Part shown: positions 40,001-50,094 of the stretch, piece after piece
Layout of the letters: the number at the start of each line of letters is the position of its first letter
Position numbering within the stretch: the stretch's first letter is position 1
DNA from: a virus
Taxonomy: Duplodnaviria; Caudoviricetes
Length of the DNA: 63,103 nucleotides
Reading direction: 5' to 3' (one strand)
IMG/VR virus record: IMGVR_UViG_3300026097_000022
Location: 1-63,103 of that record
Translations under genes and position numbers: made by a program
The notes under the pieces: generated by a model
Seen by the model: only the letters and a program-made list of their open reading frames with translations
What the model was told of the DNA's origin: nothing
The model's database searches: none

Positions 40001-43000
40001 TTGCAGTAGCACTATTTACTTTAAGTAAAGTCCCTGAACCGTCTATTTCTAATTTAGCTCCAGGACTAGTAGTTCCAATACCTAAGTTACCTGTGTTTAT
40101 GTAACTGACATTGTTATCACATCTAAGAAGAACTTCTGCAGTACCTGCATTGTTCTTCATCTGGAAGTAAGGATCTTCAGATGAAAGATGCCCTAAGTGG
40201 AACGTATCTTGATTATTTACATTTCTAATCTTAATACCTTCTTCACCTGCTGCCGCTTTAATAGCAAGTCTAGAGTCAGGATCTTCTATTCCGATACCAA
40301 CTCTACCATCATAGTTGATACGCATACGCTCCTCAAGAGTAGTACTGCTTGCACCAACGTTGGTAAAGAAAGCTATATCTATTCTGTTTCCCTGACCAGG
40401 CACATCTCTAATAGCATCTATAGCTGCGGCATTAACTCCGTTGGTCTGCCATCTAATTCTACCTAAGCTGTGTTCTGCGTTTACGTCTCCTCCAGAACCT
40501 GTATTCTTGATTGTTAAAGCTTCGGTTGTAGCCGTACCCCAGTCAGTAGATGACGAGATATTCAATACCCCAGTCATCGTATCACCAGTGACGTTCACAT
40601 AACGTGCATCAGCAGTATCTTGAGTATGGTAGTCTGTAGAAGCACTAACGTTACCTGAAGCATCTGTTACAAGAACACCTGTAGTGTAAGTGTTGAGACG
40701 TACAGAACCGTCTGCGTTTACCCTAAAGGTTTCTTGTATTGTACCACTATTTATCTGTTGGAAATAAATGTCACCACTTTCACTTCCATCGGTAACACTA
40801 TCCATTGACCCCATTATTCTAGAGTACAACAGATTCTCAGGAGTAGCAGCATTATTTTTACCGTAGAATGCAAACGAACCTATGTTTTCTCCTGCTGAAT
40901 TTCTATCTGTATTTACAGCTACTGTGGTGAACGATGCTGATTTTACTTCAAGCTCTTCTTGTGGTGATGCAGTACCGATACCCAGTTGACCGCTAGAGCC
41001 TTGTAAGAATAAAGCGTGAGTATTTGTATCAGACTCTACTCTAAAGTCTAAATCTCTACTTCCGTCATTGATAACTACTTCGCTTGTTGTTCCTTCAATT
41101 AATCGCAGCATTTCATAGCCACCAGCTTGAAGAATAATACGATCCCCTGAAAATCTTAAATAAGTATTATTGTCTCCACTATGATATAAGTATTCTGTGA
41201 TACCTACTGAACCGTCAACGTGTAGCTTGTAGTTAGGTGATGTTGTTCCAATACCAACGTTACCATCAGAAGCAATACGTACCCTTTCAGAACCGCTTGG
41301 GCTGAAGGTTAAAAATGAAGTACTAGCTGTTGAACCAAGGTCTATTTGATGTTCTGAAGCTACATCGGTAGGTGATCCGTGTACTCTTAAATGAGCGTTA
41401 TTAGAAGCTGCCTGAAAGAAAATTTCAGCTGCTGCATCTGCATCGTCAGTTCCATTATTATCTAATGAATTTTCAATACGTATGCCCGTTGCAGCATTAC
41501 TATTATGTTTTACGTGTAATTTATGATATGGACTCGTAGTACCGATACCCACATTAGTACCATCGTCATAAACAACAGAATCAGTAATAGTATCTATATC
41601 CGACCACTTCGCTAAGTAATTAGCCGTACCTGTACCATCTACACCCTGGATCTCAGAAAGGCTCACCCAATCTGTACCTGTAGCTGTAGATGAAAGAATC
41701 TGTCCCGATAGACCTGGGGAGTTGTTAGAGTCGTAGTATGCTCCTGTAACTCTTACGTTACCTGTTACGTGTAGCTTTTCAGAAGGTGCTGTATTGCCGA
41801 TACCTAGATTACCAGCTCTTTCAAGAACCATCAGCCCCGATCCGCTTTCACCCATACTGTCTTCCCAAATTAAATATTCAGGAGTTGTACGGTAATACAT
41901 AGACATACCATCTGTTGCAGTATATCCAAATTGAATACCGTGTGGACCACCTGCGCCAGTACCTGGATCGCCCAATCTAATAATAGAGTCTCCTCCAGCA
42001 ATGTGTAAAGGAGTAACAGGCGCAGTAGTATTTATACCCACTCTATTGTTTGTAGCGTCTACGTGTAGTGTATCTGTATCAACTGTAAGCCCTCCAACGG
42101 TAATAGCGTTAGTAGTCGTAGCATTTCTGTCTGTAACGCTGTCTAACGTATCCTCAATGATAGATGTGTCTACCGTAATGTTACCATCTGCGTCAGACTT
42201 TAAGTAACCAGTAGTGTATGAAGTTAGTTGTAAGTTACCGCTTGTATCTAATATCAAGTATCCATTACTAAGACCTTCTTGATTTCCAATATAGAAACTG
42301 TCTGAATCATTAGCTTTAATACCGACTGTCCAAGCAGAAGTAGTATTTATATATTGTGTACCTGCGTTATTTAAACCAGTCTCTACAACAACCCACGTAT
42401 TAGCGTCTGCGTCATAAATCTCTAAGTTCTCTACAGGGTTTGACTGTCCTATACCTACAAGTCCATCACCTGTAATACGCATAAGCTCTGTAGACGTACC
42501 TCCTGCGTAGAATACGTGAGCCTTTGTGTTATCGTGTAGGACGTGCTGCAACGTACCACCTGCCGAACGGATAGATGAGGTACTTGAGTTATCTGTATCT
42601 GTAAGCTTTAGTTGCGGATATGAATTAGAAGATTTTAGGTTTAGCGTAGTAACTAAGTCACCACTAGCCTCGTAGACGTTAGAGTCAGTAAGTGTATCTC
42701 CGTCTAACCATTTAGTAAGGTAGTCTACAGTACCTGTTCCATCAACACCTGCTGGGTTTGATTGAATGGTACTCTCAATAACATTACCATTGGCATCAAC
42801 AGCTAAAGCGTATGCAAGAGTTCCGGTGTTATTACCAGATCCATATGTACTGAACTTGACATCTGTCTCTGCTGAAAATAGACTGTTACTAAAAAATCCT
42901 ACGGCATTGCCATCAACTTGAAAAGTAATACGAGTACTACCTACTGCATCTCCGTGGTCAGCAGTTAGATAAACGTAGTTGTTTGCAGCTCTAAGCCTAC

Positions 43001-43088
43001 CAATAAGATTATTAGTAGTGTCCTTTACAATTATATCTGGAGTATTCGCAGCTTCCGCTTGAATATTATTGAGAAACTTTATTGCCAT
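37008..43088 (-). CDS. long tail fibre protein, 2026 aa
   Basis: GNVGIGT repeats, DGTGT..Y..KW, TL.SVT.R.ATT and YGAGYLK.D repeats. Confidence 0.8.
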   Translation of the reverse strand: MAIKFLNNIQAEAANTPDIIVKDTTNNLIGRLRAANNYVYLTADHGDAVGSTRITFQVDGNAVGFFSNSLFSAETDVKFSTYGSGNNTGTLAYALAVDANGNVIESTIQSNPAGVDGTGTVDYLTKWLDGDTLTDSNVYEASGDLVTTLNLKSSNSYPQLKLTDTDNSSTSSIRSAGGTLQHVLHDNTKAHVFYAGGTSTELMRITGDGLVGIGQSNPVENLEIYDADANTWVVVETGLNNAGTQYINTTSAWTVGIKANDSDSFYIGNQEGLSNGYLILDTSGNLQLTSYTTGYLKSDADGNITVDTSIIEDTLDSVTDRNATTTNAITVGGLTVDTDTLHVDATNNRVGINTTAPVTPLHIAGGDSIIRLGDPGTGAGGPHGIQFGYTATDGMSMYYRTTPEYLIWEDSMGESGSGLMVLERAGNLGIGNTAPSEKLHVTGNVRVTGAYYDSNNSPGLSGQILSSTATGTDWVSLSEIQGVDGTGTANYLAKWSDIDTITDSVVYDDGTNVGIGTTSPYHKLHVKHNSNAATGIRIENSLDNNGTDDADAAAEIFFQAASNNAHLRVHGSPTDVASEHQIDLGSTASTSFLTFSPSGSERVRIASDGNVGIGTTSPNYKLHVDGSVGITEYLYHSGDNNTYLRFSGDRIILQAGGYEMLRLIEGTTSEVVINDGSRDLDFRVESDTNTHALFLQGSSGQLGIGTASPQEELEVKSASFTTVAVNTDRNSAGENIGSFAFYGKNNAATPENLLYSRIMGSMDSVTDGSESGDIYFQQINSGTIQETFRVNADGSVRLNTYTTGVLVTDASGNVSASTDYHTQDTADARYVNVTGDTMTGVLNISSSTDWGTATTEALTIKNTGSGGDVNAEHSLGRIRWQTNGVNAAAIDAIRDVPGQGNRIDIAFFTNVGASSTTLEERMRINYDGRVGIGIEDPDSRLAIKAAAGEEGIKIRNVNNQDTFHLGHLSSEDPYFQMKNNAGTAEVLLRCDNNVSYINTGNLGIGTTSPGAKLEIDGSGTLLKVNSATAREWYIDTSNPDQLKKNQNLVLSADPSNSHNNTVMVFNIDNDEKLRIQDDGNVGIGTTLPNALLDVNKSTIGEYAYFGSGSTRQLRLSSYNTVSDHAGHKINASSGNGEITLATNSVAALTVKNDQTVQLNAYGAGYVKSDASGNLTVDNSTFLQEEVDTLASVTGRGATTSEETHFNGKVNVNSAGVSLQFGSSSDGSSYTPVESTVATERYWLRFDNTNDASFPYLTNRTPSGAVVIKTGTAAGGAENEHFRIKGGDGIVDAYFTNANVGIGTSSPTYKLDVAGNLRINEGNSFTDFDIKSDRTSGNIGGVNFVNASDEIKGQVYGHTDGSVKIASGGTSVAMTVSPTGDVGIGTTDPGRKLHVNAGNTNHVAIFESTDATAWIQIKDNATASYISNTANGLIIAADTNNEGADSNIRLLIDGSDQVTIDNNGDLRLHGYGAGYLKTDASGNITLDTITSVVDGTGSASYIPKWSDSDTLTDSVIYESSGSIGIGTESPTGILEVSQNLSAAETIDYPLVLSLRDDANSINQLGGEGVGIKFRIAGNDTATPGNSLVGASIAAIRGSSGDSDSTTHLAFFTSQNDETLDEAVRITSDGNVGIGTDAPSHKLTINTGTSDIYIDEDTNINQGTGSSDTPAIYADSVLRIRQRVELWDDNDGNNYLDIRDGSTQAIKLTPDNDSWITHDLGLGTTSPDGPLHIVKTSNESVIIENSDASGNSDDLLIKNTNDRDVGIKLETGGGYYHIALDSNGDDSLVFHLADINEPNFEFYQNGNLQLHQYGAGFLKTDANGLVSVDTASYTEAQTLDDVTTLGATTTNDISVGSISLSNDPASNNGTFVKVYEDTHKRMYTANLNFSFTAAGTYNFNLVFPNSGGYQYELTAVNSRNGLYRNFGTLKDSSYIYWESDEDFTHRAEGDVHLISSLNGGMNFSADTTYFLSDGVTDTEQTGTANWSYAIVRYSVYIPYYAGDTTGTWKLHLTTYGDTGSSTPQFVLA

Positions 43089-43105
43089 AGTAATATTGTA
43101 TTACG

Positions 43106-43113
43106 CAAAGATA
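43106..43113 (-). promoter_or_regulatory. -7 promoter box TATCTTTG
   Basis: TAnnTTTG upstream of the fibre genes. Confidence 0.5.
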
Positions 43114-43151
43114 AAAAATAAAGGGGTAGCGACATTCAGCCACCACCCCTC
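43113..43151 (-). terminator. intrinsic terminator
   Basis: AGGGGTGG...CTACCCCT-TTATTTTTT. Confidence 0.55.
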
Positions 43152-43173
43152 TATATCATTGGTTGTTTTATGT

Positions 43174-44313
43174 TTATGAAAGTCGTGTCACCAAAACTCT
43201 ATATGCATCTGTAGAAGGAGCTGTAGCAAAAGTAACAGTCACTGTATCCGTATCCGTTCTTGTTACATCAGTGAATACTGTGTCTCCTGTAGCCTTATCA
43301 AAAATTTGCACAATGACATCCTTAGTGCTTAGTCCGTGAGTAACAGCTATTGCTGTAGTCGCACCATCACCAATGTCTTCAGCGTGAGAATTACCTTCAA
43401 AGAATCCAGTCAATGTAGCTGGAGTAACCGCACGGACAGTATCTGTTCCTGCGTTTACTTCTCCCTGAGTAGCGAGTTCAATAGAACCACGTACTGTCTC
43501 TGAGGCATCGGCAATAGAAATGGTTAATGCATTGCTCGCAGCTTCAGTAGTGATTGTAGTTCCGTCACCTTGAATTGCTAGGTATGCAGTAGACCCTATA
43601 CTTTCAATACCTGTATTACCTACAAACTGAAGAACAGCTAAGGCAGTAGAGATGTCCAACTTCTTAACCTCACCTGAAGTATGAAGAAGAATTTCAGAAG
43701 TACCTGTAGTAGCTCCAAAGTCAGCAAGACTACCAATGTGTAGCTTTTGGTTTACTGTACTCCAGTAGTCGCTAGATTCATCCCAAACGAACTTTACATT
43801 AGCTGCACTACCTCGGTTGATTTCAATACCTGAATCTTGCGATGGTGCTGTCTCCGCTGCAAGGTTGCTGTTCAATAAGATGATATTGTCAGCAAGGTTA
43901 ATCTCCTCGGTATTTACTGTGGTTGTAGTACCTGTGACAACGAGGTCGGAAGCAATGGTTACCGTAGTACCATCATCGCTAATGCTTGAGTCAACAAACT
44001 TACCATTAGTGGAATCCCACTTAGGAATGCCGTCTCCAGATAAATCACCAGCACCACGGAAAGAGATGGTTACATCACCAAAGTCTGGAGATACATCATC
44101 ACGAGTAACAGTGATACCATCACCCTCTTCAATACCAATAGTACCGACAGTGATCCATATCGTTCCGTTCCAATACTTGATTTCATCATCTACCGTATCG
44201 TAGTAGATTTGACCCTCAACAGGAGAACTAGGTGCTGACGCAAGGTTTTGAATACGTGCGTTCTGTAGCTCGTTCTTGCTGAGGTTAATACTGTTTAGAT
44301 ACTTAATCGCCAT
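43174..44313 (-). CDS. structural (fibre/collar) protein
   Basis: AP.SP..GQIYYDT; DNII.LN...SGIEINRG; H.L....V.VQ C-terminal domain. Confidence 0.6.
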   Translation of the reverse strand: MAIKYLNSINLSKNELQNARIQNLASAPSSPVEGQIYYDTVDDEIKYWNGTIWITVGTIGIEEGDGITVTRDDVSPDFGDVTISFRGAGDLSGDGIPKWDSTNGKFVDSSISDDGTTVTIASDLVVTGTTTTVNTEEINLADNIILLNSNLAAETAPSQDSGIEINRGSAANVKFVWDESSDYWSTVNQKLHIGSLADFGATTGTSEILLHTSGEVKKLDISTALAVLQFVGNTGIESIGSTAYLAIQGDGTTITTEAASNALTISIADASETVRGSIELATQGEVNAGTDTVRAVTPATLTGFFEGNSHAEDIGDGATTAIAVTHGLSTKDVIVQIFDKATGDTVFTDVTRTDTDTVTVTFATAPSTDAYRVLVTRLS

Positions 44314-44321
44314 AATATGTC

Positions 44322-44648
44322 TTAGTTAAAGTAAGCCTTACCTGTAAAAGCTCCTGTAAATGTTAGTGTTACTGTGTTATCGTCTACATATGAAATATCC
44401 CCATAAACAACGTCATCCGCAGAATCTACAACGACTACAGCTGGACGCTTACCTAGGTTATGTGATGCCGTCCAGGTTGACGCAGCTACGTCTTGAACGT
44501 GTACGTAGTTTTTATCACCACCACCTTTAAGACCAGCTATATCTACAGTATTCTGTACCGGCTGCTTAACGACAGTAGTTTTGTTGTATCCACTCTGCTG
44601 AATAGATACGCTAATGCTCTCTTGGTTATTTACGGTTATGTTACTCAC
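44322..44648 (-). CDS. small structural protein
   Basis: YVH.Q..A..TW...HNLG.RP.V.VVD. Confidence 0.6.
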   Translation of the reverse strand: MSNITVNNQESISVSIQQSGYNKTTVVKQPVQNTVDIAGLKGGGDKNYVHVQDVAASTWTASHNLGKRPAVVVVDSADDVVYGDISYVDDNTVTLTFTGAFTGKAYFN

Positions 44649-45024
44649 TGACGTCTTCGTTTACTTTAAAGATTCCGTACATCCAAGTAGTGACAACAGC
44701 ACCTTGAGAGCTTTGCAAATCATAAACGTAGATACCACCTTCAATGCCTGACATTACAGTTGCACTTGCCGTTATAGTAAGTTGACCATTGTTATTACCT
44801 GCAAATCCAAAATCATTTGCGGAGACATCGTTAGAATCACCATCTAATAGGGCAGATGTTGAGGTATCAGCCTCACGAACTTGCATCATCCATTCATAAC
44901 CAGAAGAGAGGTCTAAGGGATCTCCTTGCTCATCATTAAATGTCAGTTCTAAGTTGAATGTATCACCACGTCTAGTAGTAATATCCACTCTATTTGATAT
45001 GTCTAAGTTTATGTTGGTTGCCAT
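44641..45024 (-). CDS. BppU-like/Ig-like structural protein
   Basis: RGDTF...PLDLS...MQVR...YVYDLQ...G.F.V. Confidence 0.55.
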   Translation of the reverse strand: MATNINLDISNRVDITTRRGDTFNLELTFNDEQGDPLDLSSGYEWMMQVREADTSTSALLDGDSNDVSANDFGFAGNNNGQLTITASATVMSGIEGGIYVYDLQSSQGAVVTTWMYGIFKVNEDVSE

Positions 45025-45028
45025 ATTG

Positions 45029-45036
45029 CAAAGGTA
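45029..45036 (-). promoter_or_regulatory. -7 promoter box TACCTTTG
   Basis: TAnnTTTG, 4 nt before ATG 45024. Confidence 0.55.
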
Positions 45037-45051
45037 CTAATTTACTGATTA

Positions 45052-47463
45052 CTAAATGTCTAGAACGTCTTGCTGCTCTGGTAATTCACCTCGCTTGCCT
45101 TGACGCTGACTCAACAGCTTAGACTGCTCGACAGCTTGCTTTTTAACACGCTCGTCTTTACGGTCTTCTTTCATAGTCTCAGCTGAGTTCTTTACTTGGC
45201 TTTCAATCTTTTGTTCTTCTATTCCGTATTGACCTTTAAGCTGTTCCATTTCCATACGCATCTGGTGTTCTAGCTGTGCTAACTGAGCTTTCATCTCGAA
45301 CTCCATTTGCTTCTTCTGCATATCTAGCTGAGCAAGGACCTGTTCCTTTTGGATCTCTGCTTGCGTTCCAGCTTGAGCTGCTTGTGCGTTAGCTTGTGCC
45401 TGTGCTTGAATGTTTGCTTGCTGCATTGCTTGGATCTGTGCCATACGCTTCTTGCGTCTGATAATGAGTAGACGTTCAGCCTGGTCAATATCCTTAATGT
45501 TACGTATAGCAATAGCATCCTCTAAGTCGATTTCTTTTTGAGACAGTGCAATCTGAATATTCTGCTCTAGGTACTGACGGTCTGTGTCGCTGAGGTCACT
45601 CAACACACGTACGCCAAAGTTGTACATAGGTAGATCCTTAAAGCTGTTTAGTACAGACATATTTGTCTTGCCAATAGCCTTCTCATACACTTGGTACAAT
45701 ACAGACTTATTAGGAAGGATCTGTAGACACTTCACGACATCTTCACAGACTCTACGGTAGTAGATCATAGCTGAGTTGGTAATGTCGTACAGAGCGTTGT
45801 TAGAAGCGTTTACAGCCATCTGATTCACACCGACCAAAGCTTCACCTTTAGGTGTAGTACCATCGACTACCTCATTGATTCCAGTAGTATCACGGATCAT
45901 ACGCAGATAGTGATTATATAGCGCAATCAACTCATTGATGTTACGGATACTGTTGTTAATCTCACGGATAGGAGGGTTTTGGAAACCTCCCTCTGGGTTC
46001 TTACTACGGTAGTAGAACACACCTGTTTGTTCGTAGATGTCTTGAATATCTAATGGCTGCAATTCTCCACCACGACCAAGGTCAACATTCTCTAGACCCT
46101 CGATATCGACAAGTACACCGTCAGGCTTAGCCTTAGCTACAGCTTGTTGTAGTTTCAAGTGAGACAGCTGTAACTGATCAGCAAATCCAATAACGCTAGA
46201 CACCAAAGACTTTGGAATCATATTACGGATATTGGTAGCAATCACACTGTAAGAAAGACGAGCTCTAGTGAGGTCGTGCATATTCTTAGGAACGTTATTA
46301 CACTGCTTGTAGTTGTATACGAAGTCTGTTCCAATAATGTAGCTACCTCCGTAAACTGTAGCGTTGTTCATATTTACAATCTCGCGATCGTATACAGAGT
46401 TCTTTGGTGCTTCGTAAAAGTCTCCTTTGAAGTAGAATCCTTGATTACCAAAGCGTGACATCTTCTTTTCATAGATCATAGGATCTACAGATAAAAACTC
46501 AAAGTCAAGTACCTGAACGCTATACTCATCGTATGGCATTTCTTGAACATTTACAGTATCGCCAAGTTGTACACGAGAGAACTTTTCCGGACTGTTGCCG
46601 TTCTTGTTCATTACGCTTTGCGCCATCGATTGATACTGCTTCTCTGTAAACTGACTACCAGCAATTCTCTTAAGCTCCGAGATAGATACAGTCTTGATAT
46701 GACCAGCATACACTAGATCCGAGAATGTCGCATCTTCTGTAAAGTTATGGATGAACAGCTTAGGGTCTACATATTCTTGGCTAATCCCGTAGTTAGGGTC
46801 ATTAACACGTTTAGACACACCCATACCACAGTTCACTAGATCCTCAACAACCCTTCTGTAGATCTTCTCATCGAAGTTGTTCCAGCTTAGTGTCATCTGA
46901 GTCCCTAGCTGTGCTGCAATCTCTGCGTCTGTCTTTACGTTAGTCTCTAAGAAAATCTCTGCCTCTTCCGGGGTCTCTGGCAAACGATCTGGATCGATGT
47001 CCACCTCTAGTCCGGACTGCTTAGCTTCTTGGAACTTGTCCTTGTTCGCTATGCGTGCCGCAATCTTCTTTTTCTTTACGTCTTTCTCGCTCTGTGATAA
47101 CGGATCTACAGCTTCTACCTGTGGATAGCGATAAGAAGAAATGATTTTGTTTACAACGATCTTTGCGAACTTAGGAACGATAGGTACAGGAGTCCAATCT
47201 AAAGACATAAGAGCACCATCTCCATTATCTGGGTCAAGGCTATTTAAAATCTGTTTATAGATAGATGTGTCTTGAGTACCGGCAGCATATGCGCGAGCTC
47301 TTTCAAACTCTTTGTAGCGTTTGCCGTAGATACTGTTTTGATTATCCAATCCTCCCCACTGCGCTAGCATTGCCTTAGCATACTGCAACCCATAGCTGTA
47401 GTGCATCTTCTCACTTGTGACCGCTAATGGATTAGGGAATCCTCCTTTTTTTTCGTTATTCAT
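45052..47463 (-). CDS. portal protein
   Basis: 803 aa after the terminase; LDWTPVPIVPKF, IRDTTGINE, Gln-rich C-terminal barrel of the P22/crAss type. Confidence 0.85.
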   Translation of the reverse strand: MNNEKKGGFPNPLAVTSEKMHYSYGLQYAKAMLAQWGGLDNQNSIYGKRYKEFERARAYAAGTQDTSIYKQILNSLDPDNGDGALMSLDWTPVPIVPKFAKIVVNKIISSYRYPQVEAVDPLSQSEKDVKKKKIAARIANKDKFQEAKQSGLEVDIDPDRLPETPEEAEIFLETNVKTDAEIAAQLGTQMTLSWNNFDEKIYRRVVEDLVNCGMGVSKRVNDPNYGISQEYVDPKLFIHNFTEDATFSDLVYAGHIKTVSISELKRIAGSQFTEKQYQSMAQSVMNKNGNSPEKFSRVQLGDTVNVQEMPYDEYSVQVLDFEFLSVDPMIYEKKMSRFGNQGFYFKGDFYEAPKNSVYDREIVNMNNATVYGGSYIIGTDFVYNYKQCNNVPKNMHDLTRARLSYSVIATNIRNMIPKSLVSSVIGFADQLQLSHLKLQQAVAKAKPDGVLVDIEGLENVDLGRGGELQPLDIQDIYEQTGVFYYRSKNPEGGFQNPPIREINNSIRNINELIALYNHYLRMIRDTTGINEVVDGTTPKGEALVGVNQMAVNASNNALYDITNSAMIYYRRVCEDVVKCLQILPNKSVLYQVYEKAIGKTNMSVLNSFKDLPMYNFGVRVLSDLSDTDRQYLEQNIQIALSQKEIDLEDAIAIRNIKDIDQAERLLIIRRKKRMAQIQAMQQANIQAQAQANAQAAQAGTQAEIQKEQVLAQLDMQKKQMEFEMKAQLAQLEHQMRMEMEQLKGQYGIEEQKIESQVKNSAETMKEDRKDERVKKQAVEQSKLLSQRQGKRGELPEQQDVLDI

Positions 47464-47503
47464 CTTTTCGCTGAATCGTTATCAAACGCAAAGATAATAA
47501 TTA

Positions 47504-49627
47504 TTAACGTACGATTGGTTTCGCCTTCCTAAAGAACTGTTTACCAGAGAAGTCTGACCTCTTCTTTTCTTTCGCTACACGCTGGGCAGCAAGCAATGCT
47601 AACCCTGAAGATATGGTAAGGTCATACTTGGTACGGTCGTCAATCTTAAAGTTGATCCAGTCTTCTAGTGTACGCTCAAAGTACATACGTCCGTAGTTTC
47701 CAGCTTCATCTAAACCTATGTGCTCGTGAATATATGCCTCGATAGATTGTGCGTGTGCTTGGATTACATCCTGAGAGTTAGATGGTATACCTTTTGTTTT
47801 TACAGCTACCCTAGCCGTAGACTTCAAGTGTTCCGGACGGTCCATTAAGTACCCATCGTACCCTCTGTTCTCAAAGTAACGAGCGATACCGTACTTGTTA
47901 TTCTCGATGAGTATTTCGTAGCCGTAGTACACAGCAGCCATAAGCACATCTTCATAGAAGATCCTTGCTAGTGGTGGACGGCTTGCATACTCTAGTACAA
48001 ACATATTGGAGGGGTACTCCATATTGAACTTGTTGTATAGGTGGTATGCACCCTTGGACCCACGACCATCAACTGTAGCGTCAAGATCATAGCTATCCAC
48101 TCCACCGGTACCTATGTGTTTATTACCTGGAGACTTCTTACCTTTATCTGTAACCACCTTGTTGCGTAGTTCTGTAGGCGGTAGCCAGGCTACTCTGAAT
48201 CGACCATCAGGATCTGGACGGAACAACACCTCTGTGTCTTGTTTACCGTCTTTCCATACAAAGTTTCCTTTTACTACAGGGTGAGGGTACAGCTCTTGAT
48301 TGTGCTCCACCTGTTCGTAGATCTTACCAATGTTGAACAGGCTAGCTTTAGCTGAATCACGGAATGCTTCCTCAGCAGTAAACGGGAACTGACGGATAAC
48401 CTCATTCAGTTCATTGCTGTTATTGGATAGTGACTTACGCTCGTTCTTCAAGTAAGTGCGTGCACCTATCTCAATAAGATCTCCATCGATACCCATCACC
48501 GGTTCTTCTGGATTGTCTACAACGGGATTACCATACACGTCAAAGAAACCTTCTAGTGCTTCGTATGCCGGCACAAATATTCTGTACAGCATTGACTTGG
48601 TCCTACCATTGGCGTTACGCTCAGATGGATCGGACATATCCCAAAGGTCACGGTAGTTCTTACCGCCCTTGTCCAATGGGTTGACTGTAGAACCTACAAT
48701 AGCCTTGCCTACAAACTTACGACCTACCATCAAACAGGTACGCTGAATACGCCAGATCTCTAGGATATCTTCTGGGCGCTCAAATTTACCAGCCTCATCG
48801 ATGAATAGAACCTTTAGCTTCTCACCATCATAGGCATTCGAAGTAGTGTTTCTCCAGCTGACAATTGTATTCAGTGCTTCACCACCACCGGCAGTCTTGT
48901 TCTTCTTGGTGATACGCTTTGACGGCTCACGAAACGCAAGCTCTGTACGTGGGTTTGTGGTACCATCTTGAATAGGCTTGAAGAAGAATGGGTAGTGACG
49001 ATACATACCTACCACCTTTTTCATAAAGATGTTGTCCTGTGCATCACGACCTGTCTTAGACATAATCCCTAGACCGGCATCATACGTAGAAGTAGCTACA
49101 TCATCCACAACAGAGGAGGCTACGTTTGTGTATCCAGAACGTCTACACTTCGTATACATCTGTCCAGCACTTCTAGGATCTACAAAACAAGCTTCAAGGT
49201 GGAGCATAATGTCCCTTTGAAACTTTAAGTAGTACCCATAAAAGCTGGCATCGATCTTACTCCACTGGAGTAGCATATAGTTCTTGCCAGTGATATATGT
49301 TGCAACACCGTTATTGTAGAACCATAGTCCGTTGTTCCTGCGATCAAACTCTCGCTTGATGTATGGCTCGTACTTTGCTTTGAACTCTTTCGGCATATCA
49401 TACCAGTCGTCCATAGACTTGATACGTGACAGCTCCGTAGGCATTGGAATACGTTGCCAGCGTTGCTCAGGCTTAGGTAGGTCACTATAGAGAATCTTAC
49501 TGTCATCAGGTTGCTCAGGTAGCTGTATAGCTAGACCAGCAATCTCTACAATATCACCAGAGGTATCGTTGGGACATATATTTATGACCTTCTCTTCGTA
49601 ACCTTTTATGTCTTTTAGCCCTGCCAT
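47504..49627 (-). CDS. terL: terminase large subunit
   Basis: KCRRSGYT (Walker A-like), LFIDEAGK (Walker B), QFP...EAF, GVDSYD nuclease motif. Confidence 0.9.
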   Translation of the reverse strand: MAGLKDIKGYEEKVINICPNDTSGDIVEIAGLAIQLPEQPDDSKILYSDLPKPEQRWQRIPMPTELSRIKSMDDWYDMPKEFKAKYEPYIKREFDRRNNGLWFYNNGVATYITGKNYMLLQWSKIDASFYGYYLKFQRDIMLHLEACFVDPRSAGQMYTKCRRSGYTNVASSVVDDVATSTYDAGLGIMSKTGRDAQDNIFMKKVVGMYRHYPFFFKPIQDGTTNPRTELAFREPSKRITKKNKTAGGGEALNTIVSWRNTTSNAYDGEKLKVLFIDEAGKFERPEDILEIWRIQRTCLMVGRKFVGKAIVGSTVNPLDKGGKNYRDLWDMSDPSERNANGRTKSMLYRIFVPAYEALEGFFDVYGNPVVDNPEEPVMGIDGDLIEIGARTYLKNERKSLSNNSNELNEVIRQFPFTAEEAFRDSAKASLFNIGKIYEQVEHNQELYPHPVVKGNFVWKDGKQDTEVLFRPDPDGRFRVAWLPPTELRNKVVTDKGKKSPGNKHIGTGGVDSYDLDATVDGRGSKGAYHLYNKFNMEYPSNMFVLEYASRPPLARIFYEDVLMAAVYYGYEILIENNKYGIARYFENRGYDGYLMDRPEHLKSTARVAVKTKGIPSNSQDVIQAHAQSIEAYIHEHIGLDEAGNYGRMYFERTLEDWINFKIDDRTKYDLTISSGLALLAAQRVAKEKKRSDFSGKQFFRKAKPIVR

Positions 49628-49669
49628 TTGTTTTTTATTTCGTAACTTTACATTAAATTAACATACGAT

Positions 49670-49801
49670 ATGAAGAAGTTACTATTATTTTGTGCGGTAT
49701 TATTGCTATCATCTTGCGCCTCAACAGGCAGCTATGAGTTCACTCAAACCTGCGTATATCCTAGCTGTGACAACCTAGCAATCCACCACCACACCTTCTA
49801 G
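49670..49801 (+). CDS. small lipoprotein, opposite strand to the late block
   Basis: Read by hand: MKKLLLFCAVLLLSSC-ASTGSYEFTQTCVYPSCDNLAIHHHTF; lipobox LSSC. Confidence 0.65.
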   Translation: MKKLLLFCAVLLLSSCASTGSYEFTQTCVYPSCDNLAIHHHTF

Positions 49802-50094
49802 CGTTTAGCAAACTGCTCGCTAAAACCACCGCCATAATCCTGATCGGCTTCAATACCTCCGGTCTCTTTCAATTCCTTGATCATATTCTCCAGCTTCTGG
49901 TACTCAGTGATCAACTCCTTAGCATCTAGTGCGGATTCTTTAATACTCTTGAGCTCAGCTCTACGTCCTGATCCAGATTGTTCTGTATCGATCGGTCTTC
50001 TGATCTCTTCGGTGATATTCCGGATAGCCTCAGCCATCGCTTCCAACAGCTCTTCACCGGCTTTTACGCTGCTGAATTGTCTCTTGCGCCCCAT
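49798..50094 (-). CDS. possible terminase small subunit
   Basis: 98-aa helical protein upstream of terL; synteny only. Confidence 0.4.
   Translation of the reverse strand: MGRKRQFSSVKAGEELLEAMAEAIRNITEEIRRPIDTEQSGSGRRAELKSIKESALDAKELITEYQKLENMIKELKETGGIEADQDYGGGFSEQFAKR

Noticed and set aside
32471-43088. Diversity-generating retroelement acting on the fibres
   Set aside because: No reverse transcriptase, and no TR/VR pair differing only at adenines was seen.
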